Source of the DNA: Dehalococcoidia bacterium
GTDB taxonomy: Bacteria > Chloroflexota > Dehalococcoidia > Lucifugimonadales > VXLM01
Reading direction: 5' to 3'
Assembly: GCA_963662435.1 (NCBI GenBank)
Contig: OY759598.1
Span: 2,016,507-2,080,506 of the forward strand
DNA length: 64,000 bases
Shown: one piece after another, positions 38,718 through 48,816 of the stretch
How the letters are laid out: each line of letters starts with the position of its first letter
Position numbering within the stretch: position 1 is the first letter of the stretch
Notes under the pieces: model-generated
The model's input: the letters and a program-made list of their open reading frames with translations, nothing else
Told to the model about the DNA's origin: nothing
The model's database searches: none
Translations under genes and position numbers: made by a program

Positions 38718-38763
38718 GGCGTTAGCTTGCAGTTCAGATTTCGACGCCGTCGCCTTTGGTGAT

Positions 38764-40848
38764 CTAGTCAGTCGCGTCTTCCTCGTCCTCTCGGCCCTCA
38801 GGGGAGTCGATGAATTCGTTGAGAACCGCCGCCTTGATCTCAGCTTCATCACGCCCGCCAAGCTCCTCCGCGACCTCGACGGCCATGTGGGCGGCATGAC
38901 GGGCGGCCTCATGCGCGGACACCCCAAGAGTGGATGCAGTCATCCGAGCCGCTTCTATCGCGTGGCGAGCCACCTCGTCTATTCGCAGATTAGTCTCGGC
39001 GGCTCCACGAATCACGCCGTGAATTGCGCCACGCAGGGCATCTAGTGGCGCCGCACCCGCCTTGTCCAAGGCATCGAGCGTACCTCGCATGGCAACCTCA
39101 GTGAGTCGCTCAGCGCCGAGCCCCATGTCGTGTGCGGCCTTTATGGTCCCAAAAGTCGCACCCAATGCGACATCCACGCCCTGCTTGCCGAGGTCGTCAA
39201 CCTGCTGGGCCATGTCCACCACTGTGCGGTTGACCCGTGACTGTATTTGTCTGGCGACGGCGCCGCCGCGAGTCACTCCCTCGACCGCCATTCTTGTGGA
39301 TGACGCTATCTGGAACGCGGTTACGCCGACCGCCACATCGAGACCTGGAAATCTCGGAACGTACCGGAGCGATGACACCGGAAAGTGGGCCAAGACGCTG
39401 AGACCCGGCACTGTGTTGAGAGAACGAAGATTGGAACGCGTCTGGGTCATCAGCTCGTCCATGACGACGTGTTCCTCCACCTCGCCCTCCTCCTTGATCC
39501 TGCCAAGCATGCCCAGGGTGAACATTCCCAGGACGAATGCGATGGCGAACAGGAAGTCGTAACCCGTGAGATACAGGGCAGGAAAATCGAACGTCGTATT
39601 CGGTGAGACCCATTCGACGGCAATCTGGAGGTGGCGGACACTGAAGAAGTCCACAAACGCTCCTCCGAGGAGCGGGCTGATGCCGGCTCCGACGCTTGAA
39701 GCCAGCGACACTCCCGTGAGGTAGGAGGTCGATTGGTCGGCCGGCGCCATCTTCATCCGTATGGTCGTGGAGGCGATGTTGATTCCCGCGCTCGCGATGC
39801 CGATGAGGATGTGCAGAACCACCAGCAGCGGCATGGTTAGGGTGTATTTGTCAGGCAGGGTCGTGAACGTCCAACCAAGGATGACTAAGAAGTAGAGTGA
39901 AGAGGACAGTGAAAGGACCGCCTTGCTGCCAAACCGGTCAACGTAGGTTCCCCATACGTTCAGAAAGAGCACATTCGCCACTTGGCTCAGGACTCCGAGC
40001 GCAACCACCAATGTCAGCGGCATCTCCAACCGCACGAGCATATATACGGCGAAGAACGGAACGGCCAGCTGGGCGACAAAGTTCCACATAAACATGAAGT
40101 TGATGAGCCCACGGAAATTCCTGTCGCGAAATGGAGCCCCCAGTGTCCGGAGCACCGGCTGCGGCGGACCCTCGGGGCGTGGCATCTGAGGTTCAGGCAT
40201 TCGCGCCATGAATTGAACGGCACCGAATCCCAAGAGAATACTGCCAAAGAGAATCGCATACGAGTAGCCGAATATCTCGCTGGAGTCCCCGGCAAACCCT
40301 TTCCACCAGTCGATGTAGAGTGCTGCGAGCAGGGCCGTCGCAGCCGCGGCAATGGTGGCTACCTTGAGGCGCTTGGCAAAGAAATCGCCCATGATGTCGA
40401 GGGGAACGATGTCCCGCAGCCACCCATTCCAGCTCGGCGTAACGAATGCAACGGCGGCCCCGCGCAATGCTACGAAGAACAGCAGCAGGGTAACGGCTCC
40501 GGGGTTCGGCACGTCGATGACAAATGGGATGAGTGCAACCGGTATCCAAGTGGCATACGCGACGAAATATGCTGAGACCGCTACGATCTTCCGCATTCTG
40601 ATCCTCTCGATCATGATTACGGCGAGGATCTGAAGAGGCTGGATGATGAACGGAATGGCGGACATGATGCCGATGTGGACGTTGTTCGCTCCCAGGATCA
40701 GCGCGAATGCCGCCAGGAAGCCGCCGGACGCAAGGCCGTCCGCACCGGCTGCTGTCAAGGCCTGCAAGTTCATGTTTTGCAGACCCTTACGGGTATCTTG
40801 GTCCGTCAAGTTCGGTGTGGGTCTCAGAAAACGGGGTACGAGCAACAT
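38764..40848 (-). CDS. MFS transporter with long C-terminal soluble extension
   Basis: About 12 hydrophobic segments, WG.YVDRFGSK motif, APFRDRNF; ~240 aa Ala-rich tail. Confidence 0.82.
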   Translation of the reverse strand: MLLVPRFLRPTPNLTDQDTRKGLQNMNLQALTAAGADGLASGGFLAAFALILGANNVHIGIMSAIPFIIQPLQILAVIMIERIRMRKIVAVSAYFVAYATWIPVALIPFVIDVPNPGAVTLLLFFVALRGAAVAFVTPSWNGWLRDIVPLDIMGDFFAKRLKVATIAAAATALLAALYIDWWKGFAGDSSEIFGYSYAILFGSILLGFGAVQFMARMPEPQMPRPEGPPQPVLRTLGAPFRDRNFRGLINFMFMWNFVAQLAVPFFAVYMLVRLEMPLTLVVALGVLSQVANVLFLNVWGTYVDRFGSKAVLSLSSSLYFLVILGWTFTTLPDKYTLTMPLLVVLHILIGIASAGINIASTTIRMKMAPADQSTSYLTGVSLASSVGAGISPLLGGAFVDFFSVRHLQIAVEWVSPNTTFDFPALYLTGYDFLFAIAFVLGMFTLGMLGRIKEEGEVEEHVVMDELMTQTRSNLRSLNTVPGLSVLAHFPVSSLRYVPRFPGLDVAVGVTAFQIASSTRMAVEGVTRGGAVARQIQSRVNRTVVDMAQQVDDLGKQGVDVALGATFGTIKAAHDMGLGAERLTEVAMRGTLDALDKAGAAPLDALRGAIHGVIRGAAETNLRIDEVARHAIEAARMTASTLGVSAHEAARHAAHMAVEVAEELGGRDEAEIKAAVLNEFIDSPEGREDEEDATD

Positions 40849-40860
40849 ACGGGCTGAGAC

Positions 40861-42297
40861 CTATTCCACAGACGCGAGGGTAGGCCCACCTCGCAGCTTT
40901 GCGACCACCAATGAGAGCCAGTCGGGGTCACCAATGTTGCCGGGGAAGGCGACGAACTTGAGCCCTGGGAACCTGCTCGAATCGCCTAGTTCCCAGACGG
41001 GGACCCCCGGAAGTGTCTGGCCGATGCACATCGCCCGTTTGACGCCCAAGGTGCGTGTGGCGATGTCATACGACGTAATGCCCCCTTTTGCCACGACATA
41101 CCGGGGCCTCGTCTCGACCAATCGAATGATGTCCGAGAGCCCGCTGGATATCCTACTTCCGGCCAGCAGGCTCGCGTCCCCTCCCAATGTGAGGAGAGAT
41201 TCGCGACTTGTGAACACCGCCACGTCAAGGCCGCTTCGGAGACCATCGTTCATTGCGGCGGCAACCCGCGAGATCTCGTCGGACCTCGTGGCTTCGTCGA
41301 TCAGATTCGACACCGAGACCTCGACCCCAACGACTCCCTTCTGTTCAAGGAGATGCGTGATCTGGTTGGTGGAGACGTTCACATGAGAACCTACGACGAT
41401 GAGCCCGCCCTCGCCTTCCAATTTACCCAAGCTGCTCGTGGTGAGTAGGGGACGAGACTCGAGGCCACCTCGCACCTGCAGAAAGGAGGCCGACGACCTG
41501 TAGAAGAACTGCCGTCCCTGCTCTTCGGCCATCATCGCGCCGAGCGCGAATACCTCGATGTCGCGCATGCTCGCAGCGTTGGGGAAACAGACCTTCGCGT
41601 CACGCATGCCAAGGAGCCGCTCGGCTACGCGATCGGGACCTCCGATTCTGATGTCTTCCAAAGAGACGGTGGCCACCTGGTCCAGGCGAACCTTCCCGTT
41701 CGTCTTCTCCACGATCCACTCGCGGACGTTCGAGGAGCTGTAGCCAAAGGCGGGGTCACGGGCGAACTCCGTTTGTCCCACCGGATTCAGACGGTCGCCC
41801 TCGGCGACGTAGTGAACATCGTCGATGGTGTATCGTCCACCTTGCAGGAAGAAGGGCACGGTGACCTGCAGGGCGGACCTTCTCTCGAACACCTCGACGA
41901 GAGCTTCCACCTCAGCGGGATAGTGGCCGCGAAGGGTGGAGTCGATGCGGCTGATGACGACCGGGCTCGCACCGGTGCGCCGCATTGCCTCGCGAAGACT
42001 CTGGCCGGCCTGAGAGACGGCGTCAACTGCCTCTGCTGAAGGCATGCTGCGCGTGTTTGTAAGCAGGAATACGCCGCGAAGATCGTTAAGGAGTTCATCG
42101 GCTAATGCATCGACCGACCACTCGGTCAGGAGGGAGACGTTGGCGACCGACTGAGTACCCATGGGATCGTCGTCGATGACAACGGTTTTTTCGCCACGGT
42201 CCCTTGTAGTCGCACGTATGGTGGGAGCCGGATCCTCAGGCCATTCGGGAGGCAGGCCGTCAAGGGTCTCCTGCAGGGCCAGTTGTGGAAGGACCAT
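40861..42297 (-). CDS. Four-carbon acid sugar kinase family (DUF1537)
   Basis: VIDDDPMGTQ, TNTRS, RIDSTLRGH, VVGSHV, AKGGITS.D, FPGNIG. Confidence 0.9.
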   Translation of the reverse strand: MVLPQLALQETLDGLPPEWPEDPAPTIRATTRDRGEKTVVIDDDPMGTQSVANVSLLTEWSVDALADELLNDLRGVFLLTNTRSMPSAEAVDAVSQAGQSLREAMRRTGASPVVISRIDSTLRGHYPAEVEALVEVFERRSALQVTVPFFLQGGRYTIDDVHYVAEGDRLNPVGQTEFARDPAFGYSSSNVREWIVEKTNGKVRLDQVATVSLEDIRIGGPDRVAERLLGMRDAKVCFPNAASMRDIEVFALGAMMAEEQGRQFFYRSSASFLQVRGGLESRPLLTTSSLGKLEGEGGLIVVGSHVNVSTNQITHLLEQKGVVGVEVSVSNLIDEATRSDEISRVAAAMNDGLRSGLDVAVFTSRESLLTLGGDASLLAGSRISSGLSDIIRLVETRPRYVVAKGGITSYDIATRTLGVKRAMCIGQTLPGVPVWELGDSSRFPGLKFVAFPGNIGDPDWLSLVVAKLRGGPTLASVE

Positions 42298-42400
42298 CTT
42301 GGGAGCTCTGCTTAGCGGTCTGGTAGGGGGCGTATCTTACACGACCCGACAAGCGCGCGTAGAGCCAATTCCATCGGACGACTTGACTCTCCAAGAGCGT

Positions 42401-43711
42401 TCACTCTTGTGAGAGGAGCCAGCCCACCATAGCATCCACGAACGCGTCGCCATAGTCGGGGGCATGGCTGCTGCCCTCGCCGACCCAGAGCTCGATAATG
42501 ATTCCTTCGTCGCAGCCCGACTCCAGGCGGAACACCTGGATCTCGGAGCCCGGCACATCCCGGTCAAGATCGAGAGTGGCATGCGGTTGCCGCTGATCAG
42601 GCCGGTCGCAACCCGCCCGATCGCTCCAGCGGGCGACCATGTCCTGCGCGCCGGCATAAAATGCTCTCTCGCCGTCGCCCTTCCTATCGGATTTGCTCTC
42701 GTCGCCCTCGAACAGGATCACCGAGTCTTCCGTGCCGTGGATATGAAGCACGGATACGGGTGGCGCGCCCTCACAGCTGGAGTCCTCGACGTAGCTCGTG
42801 CCGGCCAGGCTGGCCACGGCGCGAAGGCCGGGCAGCCCCTTGCAGGCCATGTGGTGGGACATGAACCCGCCATTGGAGTAGCCGAAGAAGTAGATGGGGC
42901 CGAAGTCCTTGATATTCCGCGCCTCGGCAACCAACTCAGTCAGATACGCGACGTCATCCTCACCCGACTTGCCTCTCTGGCAGCACTGATCGGTGGGGTT
43001 CCAGAATCGGTTGCCTGACCCGTCGGGTACTCCGTTGGGCAGCATCAGGGCGAACCCGTGTGTGTTCACCCGCTCGTGGAGGGGCACATAAGCAGCCTGG
43101 TACGCGGAGTCTCCACCAAAGCCGTGGAGGGACACGACAAGGGGTGTCTCACCGGGAACAAAATCGAGAGGCGTCACCAGGACCGTTCTGTCTCCCCGTC
43201 CGGGGTGATCGACGTAGAGGACTTCTCCCCCGGAAGCCTCCACCAGTGCGACCGTCCTCTCCAAGGCCGTGCCCTCCGGTTTGGACGACTTCTTGTCCGA
43301 GTCCTTCGACCACTGCTCCTTATCAGAGAGATCCCACTCCACCTTGGAGGCGAGTTCCTGCAGTTGGGCGTCTCGTTCGGCCAGTTGCTCACGCAGGCTG
43401 GTGATCTCGGACATGAGTTCAGAGTTCTCTCTTCCGAGGGCGTCGAGCGACTCCTCCAGGGACTGGGCCTTTGCTTCAAGCTCGGCCGACCGCTCGTCGC
43501 CGGTGGAGTCATCGTTTTCGCCTGTGCATGCAAACAGCATGGCGAGTAGGATGAACAGAGTCGTAGTAACGAAATTTCGTAAAGGGCGGGATGAAATAGA
43601 AGCTGGGTCAGGAACAATCAATCTGGGTATCGCGAGGGGATCAACTACATCCAGATGGTCACGCAAGATGGCGCGCCTGAGGAATGCCGCCCGAAAGGAG
43701 CCTGACTCCAT
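42401..43711 (-). CDS. Lipoprotein esterase (PHB depolymerase/LpqP-like) with coiled-coil N-terminus; true start likely near 43570
   Basis: Lipobox MLFAC; coiled coil; PLVVSLHG, WN...CC, DDVAYL, GYSNGG, HIHGTED. Confidence 0.8.
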   Translation of the reverse strand: MESGSFRAAFLRRAILRDHLDVVDPLAIPRLIVPDPASISSRPLRNFVTTTLFILLAMLFACTGENDDSTGDERSAELEAKAQSLEESLDALGRENSELMSEITSLREQLAERDAQLQELASKVEWDLSDKEQWSKDSDKKSSKPEGTALERTVALVEASGGEVLYVDHPGRGDRTVLVTPLDFVPGETPLVVSLHGFGGDSAYQAAYVPLHERVNTHGFALMLPNGVPDGSGNRFWNPTDQCCQRGKSGEDDVAYLTELVAEARNIKDFGPIYFFGYSNGGFMSHHMACKGLPGLRAVASLAGTSYVEDSSCEGAPPVSVLHIHGTEDSVILFEGDESKSDRKGDGERAFYAGAQDMVARWSDRAGCDRPDQRQPHATLDLDRDVPGSEIQVFRLESGCDEGIIIELWVGEGSSHAPDYGDAFVDAMVGWLLSQE

Positions 43712-43780
43712 TGCTCGTGTACTCGGGAGTCTTCATGGAGGACTTCATTGACTTCTTGGGAGTCTTGCAAGGCAATTCGT

Positions 43781-44794
43781 TTACTCTAGTCTGCGCTGTA
43801 CTGTTTCCAACTGTGGATTGATTGAGTCCCAATTGAGAGCTAATTCTAAATCACCTGTTGGCTCTGAAATGGACTCCTTGGCCACGTCAATTCGAGCTGG
43901 GTCCGAGAACTGCCTCAATGAGAGAATGTCTCCCACTAAAAGATAAGTGTAAACAACGCATCGGTCAGCTTCTTCCTTGGTCACCGCCGCGTGAGAGCCT
44001 TTCTGAACGGCTCCAAATAGGGCATCGAGTCTATTACCGATGAATTCCAAGTGTGATCCTACTATTTCTGTGAATGTAACAGAGTCAGAAGAGTCTTCGA
44101 TAAAAGCCACTAATCTATTCTTGTATTGGTCGACCCCAAGCTTTACTTCCCTATCCTTCCCATTGACCATACGGGTCCGTGTTTCGACTTGCGCTGGAAA
44201 GACGGCATCAGCGAGATCTTGTAGCACTCTCCTACAACTGTGCATCGCGTTAGCCCAATTCTCTGGGTTGTCTGATCGAAGATTGTCGTGAACAGCTGTA
44301 ATCTTTTTCACGGCGTCGGGCACTGCTAGCCCGATGGATGTGTCTATGGAAGAGCGAATCCGTGCAAAGACATCTTCGGCGAGGCTAGAGAATCTAATCT
44401 CATAGTGCTTGCGAATAGCATAGTCGTAGATGAAAGTGCGTCGAGAGGCCAGGGCCTCAGTGGCGCGGTCCATGGCTTGTAGAGCCCACTTCCCTTCGTA
44501 ATGGCCTGGCAACTCAAGCGCGGAATGGAGTACTGCTTTCCCCTTGTCTACGGCGTTCTCCAGTTTCTCTGTAGATTCCGTCGAAGCATCGCCAGCACTG
44601 TGTCGCAAGAGGGTCTGCTCAACCTGAGAGTCGCTGAGGATTCGAGCTAAGCGTATAGCCTTCAATCCTATGGCGGACAGAGATGCCCGACCCAGCTCAA
44701 TGTCCTTGATGATGTCACCGGACAAGCCTTCCGCTTCCTCTAAGAATTGGGCAGTGACGGGGATTGCAAGGTTGCCGGAGTCTGGACTAGCCAT
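43781..44794 (-). CDS. AbiTii-like domain protein
   Basis: Lower GC; EA..LS.DIIKDIEL....LS.I.LKA.RLARIL; ENWANAMHSCRRVLQDLADAVFP; KGSHA; resemblance recognised from memory only. Confidence 0.6.
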   Translation of the reverse strand: MASPDSGNLAIPVTAQFLEEAEGLSGDIIKDIELGRASLSAIGLKAIRLARILSDSQVEQTLLRHSAGDASTESTEKLENAVDKGKAVLHSALELPGHYEGKWALQAMDRATEALASRRTFIYDYAIRKHYEIRFSSLAEDVFARIRSSIDTSIGLAVPDAVKKITAVHDNLRSDNPENWANAMHSCRRVLQDLADAVFPAQVETRTRMVNGKDREVKLGVDQYKNRLVAFIEDSSDSVTFTEIVGSHLEFIGNRLDALFGAVQKGSHAAVTKEEADRCVVYTYLLVGDILSLRQFSDPARIDVAKESISEPTGDLELALNWDSINPQLETVQRRLE

Positions 44795-44833
44795 TGTCAA
44801 CGTTGTGCTTCGAGGAACTTGTCCCCGTGGAAT

Positions 44834-44910
44834 TGGTGGGCGGTACTGGATTCGAACCAATGACCTCAGCGATGTCAACGCTGCGCTCTAACCAACTGAG
44901 CTAACCGCCC
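44834..44910 (-). tRNA. tRNA-Val(GAC)
   Basis: GGGCGGTTAGCTCAGTTGGTTAGAGCGCAGCGTTGACATCGCTGAGGTCATTGGTTCGAATCCAGTACCGCCCACCA; full cloverleaf, anticodon GAC, encoded CCA. Confidence 0.97.
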
Positions 44911-45065
44911 ATCCTGTGCTCTGAAAGTGTAGCAACACGGTCTTTAGAGGGTCAAGGACACCGGTTCCCCATATCTACCGCCTTAAGTGCAGCTTGACCT
45001 CGTGTAGCGCGGCTCCGTATGGTATTCCTATCAGCCCAATTGCTTTCTATCCTGGAGGATATCCC

Positions 45066-45488
45066 ATGCCCGTACTGACCTACCTGAGCTTCGACGGCAA
45101 CTGCCGCGAGGTGCTCGATTTCTACAAGTCCGTATTCGGCGGCGAGTACATGATCATGCAGACGTTCGGCGACGGCCCCGATGACATGGGCATTGCAGAT
45201 GCGGACACGGACAAGATCATGCACGCTACCCTCATGATCGGCGATGGCGTCATCATGGGCAGCGACATGCCTTCCGGCTTCGGGCCTCCCCCGGTGGTCG
45301 GGACAAACTTCTCGCTCACCTTTCCCACGCAGAGCAAAGAGGAGACCGACGAGCTATTCGCCAAGATATCCGAGGGCGGGACTGTGACGATGCCGGTCCA
45401 AGAGATGTTTTGGGGCGCGTACTTTGGCTCCTGCACGGACAAGTTCGGAATCAACTGGCAGATGAACTACGAGATGCCACGGGAGTGA
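45066..45488 (+). CDS. VOC family protein (PhnB-like)
   Basis: YLSFDGNCRE...FYKSVFGG, IMHATL, MFWGAYFG...DKFGINW; SD GGAGG. Confidence 0.9.
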   Translation: MPVLTYLSFDGNCREVLDFYKSVFGGEYMIMQTFGDGPDDMGIADADTDKIMHATLMIGDGVIMGSDMPSGFGPPPVVGTNFSLTFPTQSKEETDELFAKISEGGTVTMPVQEMFWGAYFGSCTDKFGINWQMNYEMPRE

Positions 45489-45509
45489 CCCACGAGCAAT
45501 AACGTTGCA

Positions 45510-45944
45510 ATGTCAATCGGCAGGGTCACCGGTATCCTGGGGATGTCGACAGTCGCCTTGTTGATTGTCGGCCTGGCGGCATGCGGGATTGGGAGTTCCC
45601 CCGAGGACGCGTTGATCAAAGACGGGAAGGCAACCTACGAGAAGCACTGCCTCAACTGTCACGGTGAAGCCAGGACGGGAGAGGGCGGCCTTGCGAATGC
45701 TCCCGTGCATGGTCCGGACGGACACACATGGCACCACCCGGACGGTCAGTTGAAGGAGTTGATCCTCGGCACATTGGACTACCCCAAGAAGACCATGCCG
45801 TCCTTCGTGGGGAAGCTTAGCGACAGTGATGTCGACGCCGTGCTGGCCTATCTTAAGTCCAACTGGGACAGCGATCATCTCGCGAGGCAGGAAGAGGTCA
45901 CCCGAAAATTCGAGGAACTCAACCAGGGAGAAGGCGACCAGTGA
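45510..45944 (+). CDS. Monoheme cytochrome c lipoprotein
   Basis: Lipobox LAAC; CLNCH; GHTWHH; MPSF distal Met. Confidence 0.88.
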   Translation: MSIGRVTGILGMSTVALLIVGLAACGIGSSPEDALIKDGKATYEKHCLNCHGEARTGEGGLANAPVHGPDGHTWHHPDGQLKELILGTLDYPKKTMPSFVGKLSDSDVDAVLAYLKSNWDSDHLARQEEVTRKFEELNQGEGDQ

Positions 45945-46465
45945 GCCAGCGCGGCCCTACTCTTTGCACGGCAGGGCTCGCTGTAGTCTTCGTCACGTTG
46001 CTCATTCTGTTGGCGTGTTCATCGTCACCCGAAGCCAACACACCCGTCCCCACGGAGAGGCCGGTCGTCTCCACACCCGTCGCCCGGTCGGGTCAGGAGG
46101 TCTTCACTTCGATTTGCTCCGCCTGTCACGGGCTGCAAGGAGAGGGACAGCCCAACTGGCACATTCCCATGGAGAACGGCACCCTTCCCGCTCCGCCTCT
46201 AAACGGCGACGGCCACACGTGGCATCACGGTGACGGTTTCCTGTATCGAGTCATTCGCGACGGCGGAAAGTTCCAGGAGGACCCCGTCCTGCTGCCCAAC
46301 TTCAAGAGCGCCATGCCGGCCTTCGGCGCCCAGCTGAGCCATCAAGAGATAATTTCAGTTATCAGCTATATCAAGGAATGGTGGGGCGGCAAGACCAGCC
46401 GGGGACTGAGCATTGTGGAGGCCCAGGCCAACAAGAGCATAGGCGACCCACTCCCGGATGGTTGA
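45941..46465 (+). CDS. Monoheme cytochrome c lipoprotein (paralog)
   Basis: Lipobox LLAC; CSACH; PAPPLNGDGHTWHH; MPAF; GTGA overlap with upstream gene. Confidence 0.88.
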   Translation: MSQRGPTLCTAGLAVVFVTLLILLACSSSPEANTPVPTERPVVSTPVARSGQEVFTSICSACHGLQGEGQPNWHIPMENGTLPAPPLNGDGHTWHHGDGFLYRVIRDGGKFQEDPVLLPNFKSAMPAFGAQLSHQEIISVISYIKEWWGGKTSRGLSIVEAQANKSIGDPLPDG

Positions 46466-46663
46466 GGGTTTGTCCAGTGAATGGATTTCGTTCGTGGGGA
46501 GCTTGTCGAGCCATGAACGACCCACCAACGGGCTCAGAGCTTGCCACGTACTCGATACTGAGGCGAACGGGGCTGCCTTGGATACTCTTTAGTGATCTAT
46601 GTTAGCCCACTACTTCCCCACCCTCATGTATTATGGCGTGAACTCAAGTGCAAGAGGACGATT

Positions 46664-47803
46664 ATGAAGATCACCAAAGTCGAGCCGTTGTCGGTCGACC
46701 GATTCCTGTTCGTGAAGGTGCATACGGACGCCGGAATAATCGGACTTGGCGAGTCGGGGACGTGGGGTTTCCTGGAAGCATCGAAGGCAGCGATTGAGAA
46801 GTTCGGACGTTACCTCGTCGGAGAGGACCCGTTGCGGATCGAGCACCACTGGCAGTACATGTACCGGTTCGCACACTTCCGGGGCGCCGCCATCATGGGG
46901 GCGCTCAGCGCGATCGACATCGCCCTCTGGGACATTGCGGGGAAGCACTTCGACGTTCCTGCCTACCAGCTCATGGGAGGTGCCGTCCGCGATAAGGCCC
47001 GCGTCTACTACCACGTTCTCGGCGACACCCGCGAGAAGCTCGTGGAGGGAGTCGCCGCTGCGCGGGAGGACGGCTTCACGGCGGTCGGACATCTGACGCC
47101 ATTCCTCGACGAGGACAGGTCGGTGCCTTACTTCAAGACGCACGTCGACAAGATGGAGGACGCCATCGACGCCGTCCGGCAGTACCGAGAGGCTGCGGGC
47201 AACAGCGTCGATATCTGCATCGAGATACACCGTCAACTCACCCCGGCGGAGGCCATCGTCTTGGCCAAAGGCATCGAGCAATTCCACCCGATGTTCTACG
47301 AGGACCCCACCCTACCGGACAACCTCGACGCCATGGCGCTGATCGCGAGCAAGATTTCGATACCCATCGCCACGGGTGAGCGCATTCACAGCATCCACGA
47401 GTTCCAGATGCTGCTCCAGCGCAACGCCGTTCAGTATGTGAGACCGGACGTGTGCATGGCGGGCGGGCTTACGCACTCCAAGAAAATCGCGGCGCTGGCT
47501 GAGGCACAGTACGTTGGGGTGATACCACACAACCCGCTCGGCCCGGTCAGCACGGCAGCCTGTCTCCAGTTAGCGGCGTGCATCCCTAACTTCGCCATCC
47601 AGGAATACCCCCTCGGCGAGCACGAGCCGCCGAAGAGCGAGATCGTCAAGACGCCACTGCAGGTAGAGAACGGGTTCCTGCTCATCCCCGACGGCCCTGG
47701 CATCGGCATCGAGTTGGCGGACGACGCCCTGGAGCGCTTCCCCGAAACGCCGCGTGAGGTGGAAACACGACTCCACGTGGACGGCTCGGTGGTCGATCAA
47801 TAG
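46664..47803 (+). CDS. Mandelate racemase/enolase superfamily, galactonate dehydratase-like
   Basis: KVHTDAGIIGLGE, SAIDIALWDIAGK, EIH, YEDP, ATGER, PHNPLGP. Confidence 0.88.
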   Translation: MKITKVEPLSVDRFLFVKVHTDAGIIGLGESGTWGFLEASKAAIEKFGRYLVGEDPLRIEHHWQYMYRFAHFRGAAIMGALSAIDIALWDIAGKHFDVPAYQLMGGAVRDKARVYYHVLGDTREKLVEGVAAAREDGFTAVGHLTPFLDEDRSVPYFKTHVDKMEDAIDAVRQYREAAGNSVDICIEIHRQLTPAEAIVLAKGIEQFHPMFYEDPTLPDNLDAMALIASKISIPIATGERIHSIHEFQMLLQRNAVQYVRPDVCMAGGLTHSKKIAALAEAQYVGVIPHNPLGPVSTAACLQLAACIPNFAIQEYPLGEHEPPKSEIVKTPLQVENGFLLIPDGPGIGIELADDALERFPETPREVETRLHVDGSVVDQ

Positions 47804-47817
47804 GAAACGGAGGAATC

Positions 47818-48247
47818 ATGGCGGAATACACGGTTAGCGTCGAAGCTAACAGGCCAATCGACCACGCATGGGCGGTCCTGGTAGACGATTCGAGGATGGG
47901 CGAGTGGCTTCAGCACGGAGACCCTGGAGGGCGAGCCGCTCACGGTTGGCAGCAAGCACCGGGTGGTATTCGATGAGGGCGGGATGGAGGTCGTGTTCAT
48001 CGAAACGGTGCGGGTAGTCGATGCGCCCACCGAGTTCTCGTTCGACCTCAAGCATGAAATGATGGGCAGTTCAATCCGTTTCCTGCTGGAGAGCATCGGT
48101 CCAGACAGGACCCATATCTCCTGCGTCACGACAGTGAACCCGTCCGCAATGGTCACTGAGGAGCAGTTGGAGGCGATGAAGCCGGACATGAAGGACAGGC
48201 AGGTGCGGAACTTCAATAGCCTGAAGGCCGTGATCGAGGCGAGCTGA
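47818..48247 (+). pseudogene. SRPBCC family protein, frameshifted
   Basis: ATG 47818 MAEYTVSVEANRPIDHAW...RMGEWL, then homology to the two paralogs continues in another frame (STETLEGEPLTVGSKH); apparent 11-nt deletion near 47911. Confidence 0.8.
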
Positions 48248-48327
48248 TCAGGGCTGGCGAGGGAATCATCCGCGTCGTGGCTGCAAGGAATTGCGAAGCA
48301 AATCCCAACGAGCAAACCGGAGGAGTC

Positions 48328-48768
48328 ATGCCAAAGTTCACCGTTAGCGTCGAAGTGGACAAGCCGATCCAGCACTGCTGGGACATCCTCATAGACGAGT
48401 CGAGGATGGCTGAATGGGCTATCGGGTTCAAGCGCAAAGAGACTATAGAGGGCGAGCCGATGACTGTCGGCAGCAGACACAGGGCGGTCTTTGAGGAGGG
48501 TGGCAAGGAGGGCGTGTTCATTGAGACGATCAGGGTCATCGATCCTCCCCGGGAGTTCTCGTTCGACTTCGACCACGAAGTGATGAAAAGCACGGTCAGC
48601 TTCACGCTTGAAAGCGTTGGCGCGGAAAAGACGCGGCTCTCCTGCCACACGGACGGACGCACGCCCAAGCTCCTGTTTAAGATCATGATGCCCGTCATGG
48701 TACCGAAGATGAAGAAGCGGCAGCTCCAACAGATCGAGAACCTGAAGGCCATGATGGAGGCGAGCTGA
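48328..48768 (+). CDS. SRPBCC (polyketide cyclase-like) protein
   Basis: MPKFTVSVEVDKPI...W; ends LKAMMEAS; SD GGAGG. Confidence 0.85.
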   Translation: MPKFTVSVEVDKPIQHCWDILIDESRMAEWAIGFKRKETIEGEPMTVGSRHRAVFEEGGKEGVFIETIRVIDPPREFSFDFDHEVMKSTVSFTLESVGAEKTRLSCHTDGRTPKLLFKIMMPVMVPKMKKRQLQQIENLKAMMEAS

Positions 48769-48816
48769 TTCATTGGATGTGCGAGACAAGACCTAGTGCG
48801 CAAGCCGGAGGAATAG

